From: Pseudomonadota bacterium
GTDB taxonomy: Bacteria; Bdellovibrionota; FAC87; UBA2466
Assembly: GCA_043718025.1 (NCBI GenBank)
Contig: JAYSWN010000012.1
Coordinates: 1-42,951 of the forward strand
Reading direction: 5' to 3'
Length of the DNA stretch: 42,951 nucleotides
Shown: one piece after another, positions 35,358-42,951 of the stretch
How the letters are laid out: every line of letters begins with the position of its first letter
Numbering within the stretch: the first letter of the stretch is position 1
The notes under the pieces: generated by a model
What the model saw: the letters and a program-made list of their open reading frames with translations, nothing else
Databases searched by the model: none
Told to the model about the DNA's origin: nothing
Program-made: the position numbers and the translations under genes

Positions 35358-36437
35358 CTACTCTTTACGGGCGGCGGTAGAAACGCGCTCTTTTTCTTTC
35401 TTGATAAGGTCGGTTACACCGTTTTTATCGCCGTAAGTCTTTAGATCGAGCGCTACCAGTTTATTGCTGTACTCGCTGCCCCCCGGGATCTCGTCAAAAG
35501 AGTCTTCGGCACGCATGCGTTTGACCATTTCGGCGGCAATTTTATTATCGGGGTTCTTAGCCAGTTGAGCGTCCCACTGCGCCATCTGAACGCGGTTTTT
35601 TTCGACCGTGGCCTTGGAGTAAAGCCCCTTAAGCGGCAGCTTCAAATTAAGGTCGAGACGACCCAACATGTAACCTTGAATATGAGTGTCGACGACTAAA
35701 GTTCTCCCTTTTATCCACAACGGCTCGTCATTACTGAAAGCCGGATCAGAACTCACGACCACGGCGACGTCAGGAAACTGCTCGGCCAGCTTCTCATTTT
35801 CACCGATGGTCAGCTGAGAAAGGAGCACGATGAGGTCTGACTTGCCCTTAAGATCGGCCAAGTGCCGGGTGATGGCCGACACCGGCGCTTCAATTTCAAT
35901 ACCGGCAGGTAGCTTTAAATTCGACGACACGACCCCCAATACGCCTAAGCGAAAGCCGTTTTTGGTAATGATTGTCGACGGGGGAAAGATCTCTTTTTTC
36001 TTGTCGGTAAGGTTGGTGGCCACCCAGGCGAACTTGGCCGTGGCCGCCACTTTTTTCAAACTATCGAGGCCCAGGGAAAGCTCAAATCCACCCGGCACGA
36101 AGGCGTCTAAGCCGTTGGTATTCAGCATTTCTACCAAAGCTTGGGCCCGCCCCATTGAGCCTTTGGGATTCTTCAAAACCGATTCGGTAACCAATGAATT
36201 GCCGGAATCAAAGTAAAAAACCGTGTTTCGTTCAGAACGAATTTTTGCCAGGGCATTAAACTCGCGATCGGTGCCGCCCCAAGGTCGGGATTGGCAGCCA
36301 CAAGGCTCAATGGTGCCCCACCGTTGAGATTGGTAGGCGATGGTAACGTTGGCCTCTTTTACCCCTCCGCCGGTGGTGGTTTGTTTGCCGGCGCAGGCGG
36401 CGAGCAATAAAAACACAAAAAGCACAGCAAAACGCAT
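35358..36437 (-). CDS. Lipoprotein with a degenerate 5'-nucleotidase N-terminal (calcineurin-like) domain and EPCGC motif
   Basis: ATG 36437 after AAGGAGAG; lipobox LAA-C; GTIEPCGC..PWGG, FDSGN, WVATNL, GFRLGVLGV, DLIVLLSQL and LGRLDL. Confidence 0.8.
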   Translation of the reverse strand: MRFAVLFVFLLLAACAGKQTTTGGGVKEANVTIAYQSQRWGTIEPCGCQSRPWGGTDREFNALAKIRSERNTVFYFDSGNSLVTESVLKNPKGSMGRAQALVEMLNTNGLDAFVPGGFELSLGLDSLKKVAATAKFAWVATNLTDKKKEIFPPSTIITKNGFRLGVLGVVSSNLKLPAGIEIEAPVSAITRHLADLKGKSDLIVLLSQLTIGENEKLAEQFPDVAVVVSSDPAFSNDEPLWIKGRTLVVDTHIQGYMLGRLDLNLKLPLKGLYSKATVEKNRVQMAQWDAQLAKNPDNKIAAEMVKRMRAEDSFDEIPGGSEYSNKLVALDLKTYGDKNGVTDLIKKEKERVSTAARKE

Positions 36438-36447
36438 TCGACTCTCC

Positions 36448-39400
36448 TTATTTTCGATCTTTGAATTCGGCCGAAGATAACTCAATCCGAAGGCGCTTGG
36501 AATCCCTTAAAATGCGGCGCAGCATCCTGGCCCTTTGGGGATTAAATCCTTTCTGCCCCTCGACCCCCGTTAGCTCTTTCGCCAGCTCCTCTTCAAGCCG
36601 GGTGAAGTTGGCCATCGACTCTTTGCGCTCGTCGGCGGTGCTATTTTCACTAAAGGCGGTGGCCCATTCCCTAAGTGATTCTCGGTATTTGGCCCCCAGG
36701 GTGTCATCGAGTTCGATGATCGCCATCATTTCGGAGTGAGTTATCTCTCCGTCGTGCATCGCCATTACCAAGTCGCCGTAAGTCGCCGGATCAGCCTGAA
36801 CCCGCTCAACCATCATGGCGGTGGCCACCTCTTGCGCGTTTCGCACGCTGTGCACGCCCCAAAGGGTAAGCTCGTAAAGGCCGTAAAGCGCCACCCCTTT
36901 GGCCAGTCGGCCCGAGCCCCAACCGTAGCCTACGGCACTAAAGGGCAGATTGAGCACAGCGTCTTTTAGAAAGCCGCCACCGCTCCAAGCCAACTTATGC
37001 ACCCGTCGCCAGGCCAGATTGGGGTAAAGGCGTTGAAAAAGAGTGCGTTGGGTCCAACGTTGAGCCAGCCCCAATTTTACGAAGGGGAACATTAAGTGTT
37101 CGCGCGCCGATTTGGTAAAGCTAAGCGCCTTGGCCAAACGGCCGCCGGCCACTGACCACCAAAAGGTTTTGGGGTGGGCGGCAATCGACGCATGGGCGGC
37201 CGCCCGTTCAACGGCCAAGGCCGCCCGGAATTCGGCGTGGGCCACTCGCCAACCGGTGAAGCCTGCACGCACCGAACGGCCAATGGTGGCGGGAAGGCGG
37301 GCAATCAACGGCAGATTGACCACCGTACCCGGAGTCATTGCCGCCGCCTGCAAGGCCACACGGGCGATGCCTTCGCCGTAACGGGCTTCTAACTCTCGTA
37401 GGAGGTAACCTCCATCGTCGTGGACGGAATCTTCTAATTGCGCCGAACCCGTGACCCACAATGCTTCGGCCTGCAAGAACTCTTGGTACTTACCGTAGGC
37501 ACGTACGCCCTCAATCACCAACAGCACGCCGTCAATCGCCAAACCAACCGGCGCAAGGGGCGGTACCATGGCAATGGTCGAGGCCACCGCCGCGGTGCTG
37601 GTAAGCGCGATGTCGGTGCCCTTTTCCCAAAGACCCCGATCTTTTTGAATTTGGCAGATACCCCGCTTCTGATCGGGGTGGCCACGCAGAACGAGATCGA
37701 GCAGTGGCAAATTGGGGACCACGTAATCTAATAACTCTTTGGGCTCAGTGCGTTTCCAGATCTCTTTGACCTGCTTTTGCCCGTGGATCAAAAAGGCGGA
37801 GAGTAACAATTCGTAGCGGCTGTCGTCGTAAGTTTTATAATTGTCTTCCCACTTCAACATCGGAAAACGGTAGAACGATTGCTTTTCAGCGTACTCCAAG
37901 TAGTCGAGTTTGCGCTGAAAGGATTCCATGGTGTGATTTAATAACCGCGCCGCAAAAGTGGGGTAAGCCCACAGCAGTTTCAACTCTTCTACGCCAATAA
38001 AATCGGGGCGGCGGAGCGGCTTGGGCGGAAGCTCGTCGATTCTCTTTTTACCCGACTGCACATCGGCAAAACGGAACTCCGCCGCGCCTTCATCGCGGGC
38101 GGCCCGCACCAAATCCATGCCCCAATACCAGTCGAGTTGGTCCATAAACTGATCGAGCGAAAACGTGCTTTTGAGTTCGTTGTAATACTTAGCGTAAAGG
38201 TCGCGATCTCTTTTTGCGGTGGGATATTTTCTATAAATATAATCGCGGATAAGCAGAGGCAGAAACGTGTTGATCAAACTGTCGTTGATTTGGGCGGCGT
38301 AACGCTTGTCGTATTCACCGGTGAACTCCACCGGAATCTGCAGCACTTCGGCAATGGCGGGGCTGGCCAGGCGCGCCGCTTCCTTTTTTACCTTTTCTTT
38401 AGTTGAAACAATTTCACGCAGAGTGGCAGCGCCAGAGTTCAACTCTCGGCGATACTTCGCAATAAACCAGTCAGACTTGGCTTTGGCCTCGGCCACTTTT
38501 TCGTTGCCCGCGTCCCAAGCCGCATTCACCATTTGGAAGAAAGCGCGCTCCGTTTCCGAAATCAGGTAACCCGTTTCTGGAAATCGGTAGTGCATTTTTA
38601 CCAGGGCTAGAGCTTCAGGAATCTCCTTTTCGGTGACGCCCGCCAAGTCTTCGAGGTCTTTCGGAGCCCCCCGCCCCAACAGAAAACGCAGCTGCACCAA
38701 GTTGGGCAGGAGTAAACGCAGGGAATAGTAGCCGCCCAGCCCCGATACCATTCGCTCTTCAAGCATACTGTTTTGAATGCTTTGGGTCTCTCCCACCAAC
38801 ACTTCATGGGCCCAGACCAAACGTTGAAAACCCGCGGCCGAACTCTCCAGCCGCGGCGGCAATGACGCCGCAACCAAGGTATTTACCGTCCACGAAGTGT
38901 CTTTACCCTCTAAAAAAGGGGTGCAAGCGTCGATTACCCTGATGCGCTTTAAGGCCGGTCGGATTTGCAGTTTTTCTTTCTCAAATCGCTCTTTAAGAAT
39001 TTTGACCGCCTCAACGTTTTCAAAATAATCGCCATCAAATCCCATCGGCGAGACGAGCCCCTCGGCGCGAATGGCTGCGGATAAAAAGGCGTGCAGCGCC
39101 GGCCCCCGGCCCATCAACTTCTTTAGCGCTTCGGTATCGCCAAAAATCCTATCTTGTAATTTTGGCCAGCGCTCTTTAATGCGCGGATGAAACCCGCTTT
39201 TATCAATGTATGCCACCAGATCTTTAGCGAGCAGCGCCAAGTCATCGGCGGCGACGCCCTTCCCTTTTTCTTCGTAGAGGCTGGTGAGAAACTCTTCAAT
39301 CGTCGGTAAAATTAAGGTTTCCCCGCTACCGACCCGTTTATAAAAGTCGAGGTACTTGTCTAATGCTTTGGCAAACGCGGGCGGGTTACAAATCTTACCG

Positions 39401-40251
39401 TCAAAATCGCTGAGGCCGCGCGCCACTTGGATGCAGTCTAAAGCCCCGGGCTCGTTGACCAGCTCTACGGATAGAAAATTGAGCACGGCTTCACTGTTTT
39501 TTTGCGGGTAGGACCTGCGGTAGGCATCAAAACCAAACACCACCCCGTCGATCATCGAAACCAAGGCGGTAAGCATTTTTTTGGCTTCGGCGGGCAACTC
39601 ATTTTTGGGAGGAACAGAAAAAAAATCGTAAAGCTCAGCCGCCCGCACCGAATGGGGATCGTACTTGCCCTCCACCGAAAGCAGACCTAAGGGCAGCACG
39701 CCAATTTGCGGGAAGATCTGTTTTAACAACTCACCGCCTTTTTCCATCTGGGTGCGGATGGTTCGGTAATCTCCGTAGGCCAGACGAAGTTTGCCCGAGC
39801 CCACAATAAAGGCGTGCGCCGAAAGTAGCCAGATCGACGACAGATGAAGGTTGGCGGTCAGCGCGTCTAAAAACGCCAGCGGCCGGGCGGGGTTTCCCCC
39901 GATGACATCGGCGCGAAGTAAAACGGTGATCAACGCCAATTCATCGGAGCGTGGTTCGTGCGCAAAATCATCCCAAGCCCGGCACTTGGCGCCGAGAACC
40001 GACTTAAGGAGCGGCTCAAAGTGCCCTTTAAGAGCGGCCGCCGTGTCACCGACTAACTCCATGCCTTCGCTGCCCAGATCGGCGAGTTCTTTGTCGTTAG
40101 CTTCGCGTTTTTCAGCCAGACGGGCTTGAATTTTTTGGGTAACGGTTTGAAGTTTCTTAAAGGCCGCAACGTGTGCGGGCTCCGTGGCCGAAGCCATCGG
40201 CGAAGCGAGAAAAAGCAAAGCCAGTAGCGTCAACTGCAAAGAACGTTTCAA
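36448..40251 (-). CDS. Large (1267 aa) exported helical protein with C-terminal hydrophobic hairpin/TM region; function unknown
   Basis: TTG start after GGGGG RBS; signal peptide ...LASPMASA|T; hydrophobic hairpin at ~aa 881-916; further hydrophobic segment at 36852-36960. Confidence 0.88.
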   Translation of the reverse strand: MKRSLQLTLLALLFLASPMASATEPAHVAAFKKLQTVTQKIQARLAEKREANDKELADLGSEGMELVGDTAAALKGHFEPLLKSVLGAKCRAWDDFAHEPRSDELALITVLLRADVIGGNPARPLAFLDALTANLHLSSIWLLSAHAFIVGSGKLRLAYGDYRTIRTQMEKGGELLKQIFPQIGVLPLGLLSVEGKYDPHSVRAAELYDFFSVPPKNELPAEAKKMLTALVSMIDGVVFGFDAYRRSYPQKNSEAVLNFLSVELVNEPGALDCIQVARGLSDFDGKICNPPAFAKALDKYLDFYKRVGSGETLILPTIEEFLTSLYEEKGKGVAADDLALLAKDLVAYIDKSGFHPRIKERWPKLQDRIFGDTEALKKLMGRGPALHAFLSAAIRAEGLVSPMGFDGDYFENVEAVKILKERFEKEKLQIRPALKRIRVIDACTPFLEGKDTSWTVNTLVAASLPPRLESSAAGFQRLVWAHEVLVGETQSIQNSMLEERMVSGLGGYYSLRLLLPNLVQLRFLLGRGAPKDLEDLAGVTEKEIPEALALVKMHYRFPETGYLISETERAFFQMVNAAWDAGNEKVAEAKAKSDWFIAKYRRELNSGAATLREIVSTKEKVKKEAARLASPAIAEVLQIPVEFTGEYDKRYAAQINDSLINTFLPLLIRDYIYRKYPTAKRDRDLYAKYYNELKSTFSLDQFMDQLDWYWGMDLVRAARDEGAAEFRFADVQSGKKRIDELPPKPLRRPDFIGVEELKLLWAYPTFAARLLNHTMESFQRKLDYLEYAEKQSFYRFPMLKWEDNYKTYDDSRYELLLSAFLIHGQKQVKEIWKRTEPKELLDYVVPNLPLLDLVLRGHPDQKRGICQIQKDRGLWEKGTDIALTSTAAVASTIAMVPPLAPVGLAIDGVLLVIEGVRAYGKYQEFLQAEALWVTGSAQLEDSVHDDGGYLLRELEARYGEGIARVALQAAAMTPGTVVNLPLIARLPATIGRSVRAGFTGWRVAHAEFRAALAVERAAAHASIAAHPKTFWWSVAGGRLAKALSFTKSAREHLMFPFVKLGLAQRWTQRTLFQRLYPNLAWRRVHKLAWSGGGFLKDAVLNLPFSAVGYGWGSGRLAKGVALYGLYELTLWGVHSVRNAQEVATAMMVERVQADPATYGDLVMAMHDGEITHSEMMAIIELDDTLGAKYRESLREWATAFSENSTADERKESMANFTRLEEELAKELTGVEGQKGFNPQRARMLRRILRDSKRLRIELSSAEFKDRK

Positions 40252-40429
40252 AAATTCCCCCTTTGAAACTCACTCTGAACCAAATGATGATGGCGCGACC
40301 CGTTGTGCCTTCATCCCTACCCGAATGACAAATGCGTAACCACTAAATTATGCGTCGCGTTATTTAGTTGAATTCTCTACGCCTCCTTAGGTAGTGAGAT
40401 CGAAGTAACAAAAATTTAAGGGGAGACCG

Positions 40430-41752
40430 ATGCACCACGTTTATAAGGCCTTGGTACTGACTCTATTATTTGGGGTGGCCTTGCCGCCCTGTCCGGTATT
40501 TGGCGACGATCCACGCGCCGACGAAGTCAGAGAACTACAAAAAAAGCTGCAGGCCGAATTAGAGGCGCCGGCGCCAAAGGCCGACATTACCGATAGCTTC
40601 GCCAGTGATTTTGTTACCAAAGTGTGGAACGAGCCAAAGCATCGATACACTCTGGGCGTCATTGCGGTGGGCGAAACTTTGATTGCCGCCGCGTTAGTGA
40701 GCCGCGCGCGGCTCAACGCCAAAATGTGGAAGACTCAAATTGAAACCGGTAAAGACGTGGCCCTGCGCTTGAAAGAGGTCACCGACAAACTTGCGGCGGC
40801 CGAGGGCGAGGTGCTCAAGTCACTGGCCAGCTTAAGCCAAGCCGAACGCGCCGACCTGCTAAAAACCCTTACCGAAGCCAATAAGGGCGTTCTACCAAAA
40901 ATCGAAGCGGCGCTGAAAACCGAAGGCGCGGCGGCCAGCGCCTTGAGTGTTGAAGAGGCCACCCTTGCTCTTGAGCGTGCGTACCAACAATGGCAGCAGC
41001 AGGCGGCGGCGGAAGCGCGAGTGTTAAGGGCCGCCGGCGCCGTCGTGGAAAGCCCCGCCAGCCTCGCCGAAGTCACGGCAGAGGTGCAACAACAAGTGCG
41101 CGCGGTGACCCGCTTAGAATTTGCCCAAGCCCAGTTTGCCGGTTACGCCGACGCTGGCGTTAGGCACATGATGGACAAAGCCAACCTCGGCCTCACCAAA
41201 GGAATTGGCTGGAGAGGCAAACTGTGGCGAAAAACTCGCATGGGCCTATTGCTTGCGGCGATTCCCGTGGTGGTGGTGGGCGTGAGTATTTATTTTGATC
41301 GCGAGCAAGAAAGAAACCGGCGCATTCAAGACCTAAATACCTCTGCCCTCGACGATCGCGAGATGGCGTCAAAAACTTTAATTCCCTACATGGGGCGCCC
41401 CATTCTTTTTGCCTTCGTAAAGGGGTGGGAAACTTCGCAGGCTAAAGACGGCAGCGTGCTGAAACGCTTTCGCTGCCCACTCGAGATTAAAGAGATTGAA
41501 CTACAAAATGAATCGCTGCCGATCATTCACGCCCTTTCGCTTCAAGTCATTTTGGAAATGCAGGAGGCAGGTGAAGACGTGCTTGAAGAAAATGGAAAGA
41601 AAACTCCGGTGATCACCGAAAATTTTTATAAGCGACTGACGCTGAAAGTGCTCGAGCACAAAAAATCACCACTGCTCCAACTCAAAGAAGGCGAACGCAA
41701 AAAGATGGTTGCCGACGTAGCCTACCAGGCCTACCGCGCGTTCGATAAATGA
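40430..41752 (+). CDS. Exported/membrane protein with two TM helices flanking a coiled coil
   Basis: AAGGGGAG RBS; signal peptide; TM1 YTLGVIAVGETLIAAALV (40646-40699); Ala/Glu/Gln heptad region; TM2 GLLLAAIPVVVVGVSIYF (41243-41296). Confidence 0.85.
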   Translation: MHHVYKALVLTLLFGVALPPCPVFGDDPRADEVRELQKKLQAELEAPAPKADITDSFASDFVTKVWNEPKHRYTLGVIAVGETLIAAALVSRARLNAKMWKTQIETGKDVALRLKEVTDKLAAAEGEVLKSLASLSQAERADLLKTLTEANKGVLPKIEAALKTEGAAASALSVEEATLALERAYQQWQQQAAAEARVLRAAGAVVESPASLAEVTAEVQQQVRAVTRLEFAQAQFAGYADAGVRHMMDKANLGLTKGIGWRGKLWRKTRMGLLLAAIPVVVVGVSIYFDREQERNRRIQDLNTSALDDREMASKTLIPYMGRPILFAFVKGWETSQAKDGSVLKRFRCPLEIKEIELQNESLPIIHALSLQVILEMQEAGEDVLEENGKKTPVITENFYKRLTLKVLEHKKSPLLQLKEGERKKMVADVAYQAYRAFDK

Positions 41753-42870
41753 GGAAGTAGCGCCTTAAGGTGATTTTCAATTGAGAAACGTTCAACGCTA
41801 AGGCGAGCGTTTTCTCGCCACTCGCCCAAATGGCCAGATTCGAGCGCGGTGCGAAGGCCATCGGAAAAGCCCAGGGCGGGCGCGTTGCTTAATGGCACCA
41901 GCACTCCCGTTTTTAGTGGCGATAGCCAGTCTTGCGCCCCGCCAATGGCAAACGCCACCGACGGCACCCCCTTGGCGGCCGCTTCAATTCCCACCCGGCC
42001 AAAGGGCTCAGGCCAGCGGCTCGGCAAAGCCAGAACGTGAAGTTGCGAGAGGTATTCCCCCGGATCGGAACTAAAGTTCCAGAACCGAAACGAAACGCGA
42101 GAGGTGCTTTGCGTTTCGGCCAAAGCTTTCCACTCCTCCACTTGCGGCCCCTCGCCCATGAACCAGATTTCCACCGGACGCGACAAGTTAGAAAGGTAGC
42201 GGGCCGACTCAATTAGAATGTCGCCCCCTTTGGCCGATTGAAAACGGCCTAAAAATCCAATTCGCCAAAGGCTCGCCGGCGGTTTGCCGAGGGGCGTAGC
42301 GGTGTCCACCGGCAATAAAAAGGGAATACGGTGAACGCGCCCCGGGGCCAAGTGACGAGCGTATTCCTGTTGCATCCAAACCGAATGGGTAAGCACGCTG
42401 CGATACAAACTTAGATTCTTACGGTGTTCGACGCGAGTGGCGTAATTGCGAAACATGGTAAGCGGATTTCTTCCGCCGCAGCCATTGACCAGGTAGTGCG
42501 CTAGGCAGGCAGGCCCCAATACCTTCTCGCAAGGGGCCAGCGTAGGCCTTGCCCAGCGCTTTAAACCACTGATGCAAGTGCTATCGTAGTTGTGGGCAAA
42601 GAACACCGCCGGCCACCGTGAGATTAACTTTTGCTCATTTTCCGGCGAATTCAAGCCGTGGACGTAGAGCAAGTCGGGACCAAAGCGCTCGATATCGGAG
42701 TATGAGTTAAGAACGGGCGTGTCGCCGTACCACGAGGGGGGATACGGGCCGTCTTCGGTATGCACGGCAAGCGTGATGGCTTGAGCGCGGAGCGCCGGGA
42801 TGAGGTCACGCAAGTAGGTTTCTACGCCACCAATGAGCCGCGCGGTTTTTGAAATGAGTAAGAGTTTCAT
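41731..42870 (-). CDS. GT4-family (GT-B) glycosyltransferase
   Basis: GGVETY, FLGRF...KG and the EX7E motif PSRWPEPFGRVGIEA. Likely start is ATG 42870 (MKLLLIS). Confidence 0.9.
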   Translation of the reverse strand: MKLLLISKTARLIGGVETYLRDLIPALRAQAITLAVHTEDGPYPPSWYGDTPVLNSYSDIERFGPDLLYVHGLNSPENEQKLISRWPAVFFAHNYDSTCISGLKRWARPTLAPCEKVLGPACLAHYLVNGCGGRNPLTMFRNYATRVEHRKNLSLYRSVLTHSVWMQQEYARHLAPGRVHRIPFLLPVDTATPLGKPPASLWRIGFLGRFQSAKGGDILIESARYLSNLSRPVEIWFMGEGPQVEEWKALAETQSTSRVSFRFWNFSSDPGEYLSQLHVLALPSRWPEPFGRVGIEAAAKGVPSVAFAIGGAQDWLSPLKTGVLVPLSNAPALGFSDGLRTALESGHLGEWRENARLSVERFSIENHLKALLPHLSNAR

Positions 42871-42951
42871 CAAAATGGATCGCCCCGCAGGTAAGAGTAA
42901 CAAAGGCGTCAAAATTTGCCCAGTTTGTTCAAAACGCAAGGCGCAGAAAAT

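Noticed and set aside
36294..36302. Selenocysteine recoding at the CGC motif
   Set aside because: The codons are TGT-GGC-TGC, with no in-frame TGA.
22320..41752. Prophage, ICE or other mobile island
   Set aside because: No integrase, transposase, phage structural gene, flanking tRNA or direct repeats were seen, and there is no obvious GC shift by eye.
42871..42951. N-terminal extension of the glycosyltransferase (TTG 42939) or end of an upstream gene
   Set aside because: The GT4 fold begins at MKLLLIS (42870). The other two minus-strand frames contain stops, and the window edge prevents a call.

Overview
Bacterial chromosomal window of about 52% GC. The gene order rimP-nusA-infB-rbfA-truB-rpsO-pnp-M16 peptidase-dut and the style of the orphan secreted proteins suggest a deltaproteobacterium in the broad sense, possibly Bdellovibrionota/Oligoflexia-like (inference). 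Positions 1-21.9 kb are mostly housekeeping genes (rluD, pgeF, rimI, ridA, glpX, dciA, dut, pnp, rpsO, truB, rbfA, infB, nusA, rimP, PBP1A). Two elements there are unusual: a PNPase with a ~390-aa RGG/charged disordered C-terminal tail, and an FG-GAP-repeat lipoprotein behind a sigma54-like promoter. Positions 22.3-41.8 kb form a ~19.4-kb block in which every gene encodes an exported protein with no clear family assignment. It contains a 3793-aa giant and a 1267-aa protein that share an internal hydrophobic-hairpin architecture, a 440-aa two-TM coiled-coil protein, a 278-aa secreted protein, a signal-peptide-bearing ParB/Srx (GHHR) toxin-like domain placed just behind an intrinsic terminator, and a degenerate 5'-nucleotidase-like CGC lipoprotein. 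This block is the best candidate for an undescribed membrane-inserting effector or predation system. No tRNA, rRNA, CRISPR array or mobile element was recognised.
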